Shown here: positions 50,270 through 51,836 of the stretch, in pieces
How the letters are laid out: each line of letters starts with the position of its first letter
Numbering within the stretch: the stretch's first letter is position 1
Assembly (NCBI GenBank): GCA_041687695.1
Contig: JAWLBL010000023.1
Coordinates: forward strand, 1-51,836
DNA: 51,836 bases
Direction: 5' to 3'
Origin: Myxococcota bacterium
Lineage (GTDB): Bacteria > Myxococcota_A > UBA9042 > PHBI01 > JAWLBL01
Made by a program: the position numbers and the translations under genes
The notes under the pieces: generated by a model
Database searches by the model: none
Told to the model about the DNA's origin: nothing
Seen by the model: the letters and a program-made list of their open reading frames with translations, nothing else

Positions 50270-50440
50270 ATGTTGGCGTAGCGATCGGTGGCGCGTTCGA
50301 CCGAACCATTGGGGTCGAACAGGGCGTCGGCTTCATCGAGGAGGAGGACTCTCCGCGCCGACCGCGCCGCGGCGAAGATGCGTGACAGGTTCTGTTCGGT
50401 CTCGCCGACGTATTTGCTGGTGAACTTGGGTATCACGATA
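50270..50440 (-). pseudogene. AAA+ ATPase fragment (Walker B region only)
   Basis: SKYVGETEQNLSRIF...VLLLDEADALF...DRYAN; no Walker A and flanks do not continue the fold. Confidence 0.75.
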
Positions 50441-50584
50441 TGGCGGTGATCGACCAGTTCGAGCCCGAAGGGCGGTGCCCGCGGCATCTCTGGCAAGGAG
50501 GAGACCGGAGGCGATGTCTACGTAGGGCTCGGAGGCAGACGCTGTCACGCGCTTTCGGGTGAGGGGGCGAAGCCCGGTGCGATG

Positions 50585-51739
50585 TCAGGCGGTTGGGCGC
50601 ACGAGGGGGAGGGCGTGCGTGGCGGCCCACTCGGACAGGGAGCGGCGGGCGAGGGCGGCGGCCATCAGATCGGGGAAGACGTCGGGGGTGCAGGCGAAGA
50701 CCGGGGCGCCCAGGGCGGACAGCGCGGCGGCGTGCTGCGGGTGATGGGCGGGCGCGCCCTGATCGGACAGGGCGAGCAGGACGATGAATTGCACGCCCGA
50801 GGCGGTGAGGGCCGCGGCGTGGCGCAGCATGGCGTCGGGGTCGCCGCCCTCGAAGAGGTCGCTGAGCAGGACCAGCAGGGTGTCGGCGGGGCGCTCGACC
50901 AGGGTGCGGGCGTAGGCGAGGGCCTGGGCGATGTCGGTGCCGCCGCCCAGCTGCAGGCCGAAGAGCAGCTCGACCGGGTCCGACAGGTGGTCGGAGAGGT
51001 CGGCGAGCGAGGTGTCGAAGGCCACCAGGCGTGTCCGCAGGGCTGGCAGCGAGGCCAGGATGGAGGCAAAGAGGCCGGCATACACGACCGAGTTGGCCAT
51101 GGAGGCCGACTGGTCGACGCACAGGACGAGGTCGCGCAGGCCGGGGCGGCGGCGGGCGTAGCCGAGGCGGCGCTCGGCGATGAGCGTGCCGAGGTGCGGC
51201 TGGTAGTGGCGCAGGTTGGCGCGGATGGTGCGGTGCCAGTCGATCTCGCGCGGCCGCGGGCGGCTGGTGCGGCTGGCGCGGTCGAGGCTGCCCTGGATCG
51301 CCTGCCGCGTGGGCTGGGAGAGGCGCTGCGTCAGCTGCTCGACGACGCGGCGGACGACCTGCCGGGCGGCGTCGTGGGTGCGGCGCGGCATGACGTCGCG
51401 CAGGGTGAGCAGGGTCGCGACCAGCTGGGCGTCGGGGGTCAGCGCCTCGAGCAGCTCGGGCTCGAGCAGCATGCGCTCGAGGCCCAGGCGCTCGAGGGCG
51501 TCCTGCTCGAGCACGCGCACGACGGGCTTGGGGAACAGGTCGCGGATCTCGCCCAGCCAGCGGGCGACCTTGGGGTTCGAGCCGGCGAGGCCGCCCTGGC
51601 GCGGGGCGTCGTACAGCTCGGCGAGGGCCTGATCGAGCCGCTCGTCCTCGGGCTGCAGCGGGGCGTGGGTCCCGTCGGCCTCGCCGCCGCCCAGGACCAG
51701 GCGCCAGCGGCGCAGGCGTTCGTCGTCAGGCGTCGTCAT
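50585..51739 (-). CDS. VWA domain protein, CoxE-like/YehP-like
   Basis: LRRWRLVLG N-terminus, DQSASM (MIDAS), GGGTDI, LSDLFEG. Confidence 0.9.
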   Translation of the reverse strand: MTTPDDERLRRWRLVLGGGEADGTHAPLQPEDERLDQALAELYDAPRQGGLAGSNPKVARWLGEIRDLFPKPVVRVLEQDALERLGLERMLLEPELLEALTPDAQLVATLLTLRDVMPRRTHDAARQVVRRVVEQLTQRLSQPTRQAIQGSLDRASRTSRPRPREIDWHRTIRANLRHYQPHLGTLIAERRLGYARRRPGLRDLVLCVDQSASMANSVVYAGLFASILASLPALRTRLVAFDTSLADLSDHLSDPVELLFGLQLGGGTDIAQALAYARTLVERPADTLLVLLSDLFEGGDPDAMLRHAAALTASGVQFIVLLALSDQGAPAHHPQHAAALSALGAPVFACTPDVFPDLMAAALARRSLSEWAATHALPLVRPTA

Positions 51740-51836
51740 TCATACAATCCGCGCCGGCGGAGCCGGCGGAAAGCTCGGCCATGGGCCGAGCACTCCGAAA
51801 GCCGCCTTCGGCGGCGTGAGCGGTGGAGTCTGGGAG

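Overview
A very GC-rich bacterial window. Numerous Cys-rich, acidic-linker lipoproteins, a eukaryote-like Ser/Thr kinase and DVVY-type surface domains suggest Myxococcota or a related deltaproteobacterium (inference). It holds about 40 coding regions, and I found no rRNA, tRNA, CRISPR array, integrase or transposase. The best-supported system is an RNA/ribosome rescue-and-repair locus at 1039-5167. There, an RtcR-like CARF-domain sigma54 activator lies divergent from a consensus sigma54 promoter that drives a translationally coupled operon: rtcB2-type ligase, prfH, and an uncharacterised basic protein. The predicted transcript is almost leaderless. Other notable items: (1) a 13-copy 21-bp intergenic array upstream of an unknown helical protein, followed by a lower-GC islet of two immunity-like genes; (2) an alphaCTD-like/sigma region-4/HTH protein; (3) a cytoplasmic HEAT-Zn ribbon-trypsin protease preceded by three co-varying hairpins; (4) a two-heme Cys-repeat lipoprotein; (5) a giant Cys-rich lipoprotein with an apparently inactive PI-PLC-like domain; (6) a TPM/LemA-like cluster with a local duplication; (7) several decayed genes (vapC remnant, frameshifted DUF1152, AAA+ ATPase fragment). 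All family calls come from motif recognition by eye, not database searches. Start codons were refined by RBS and overlap inspection.
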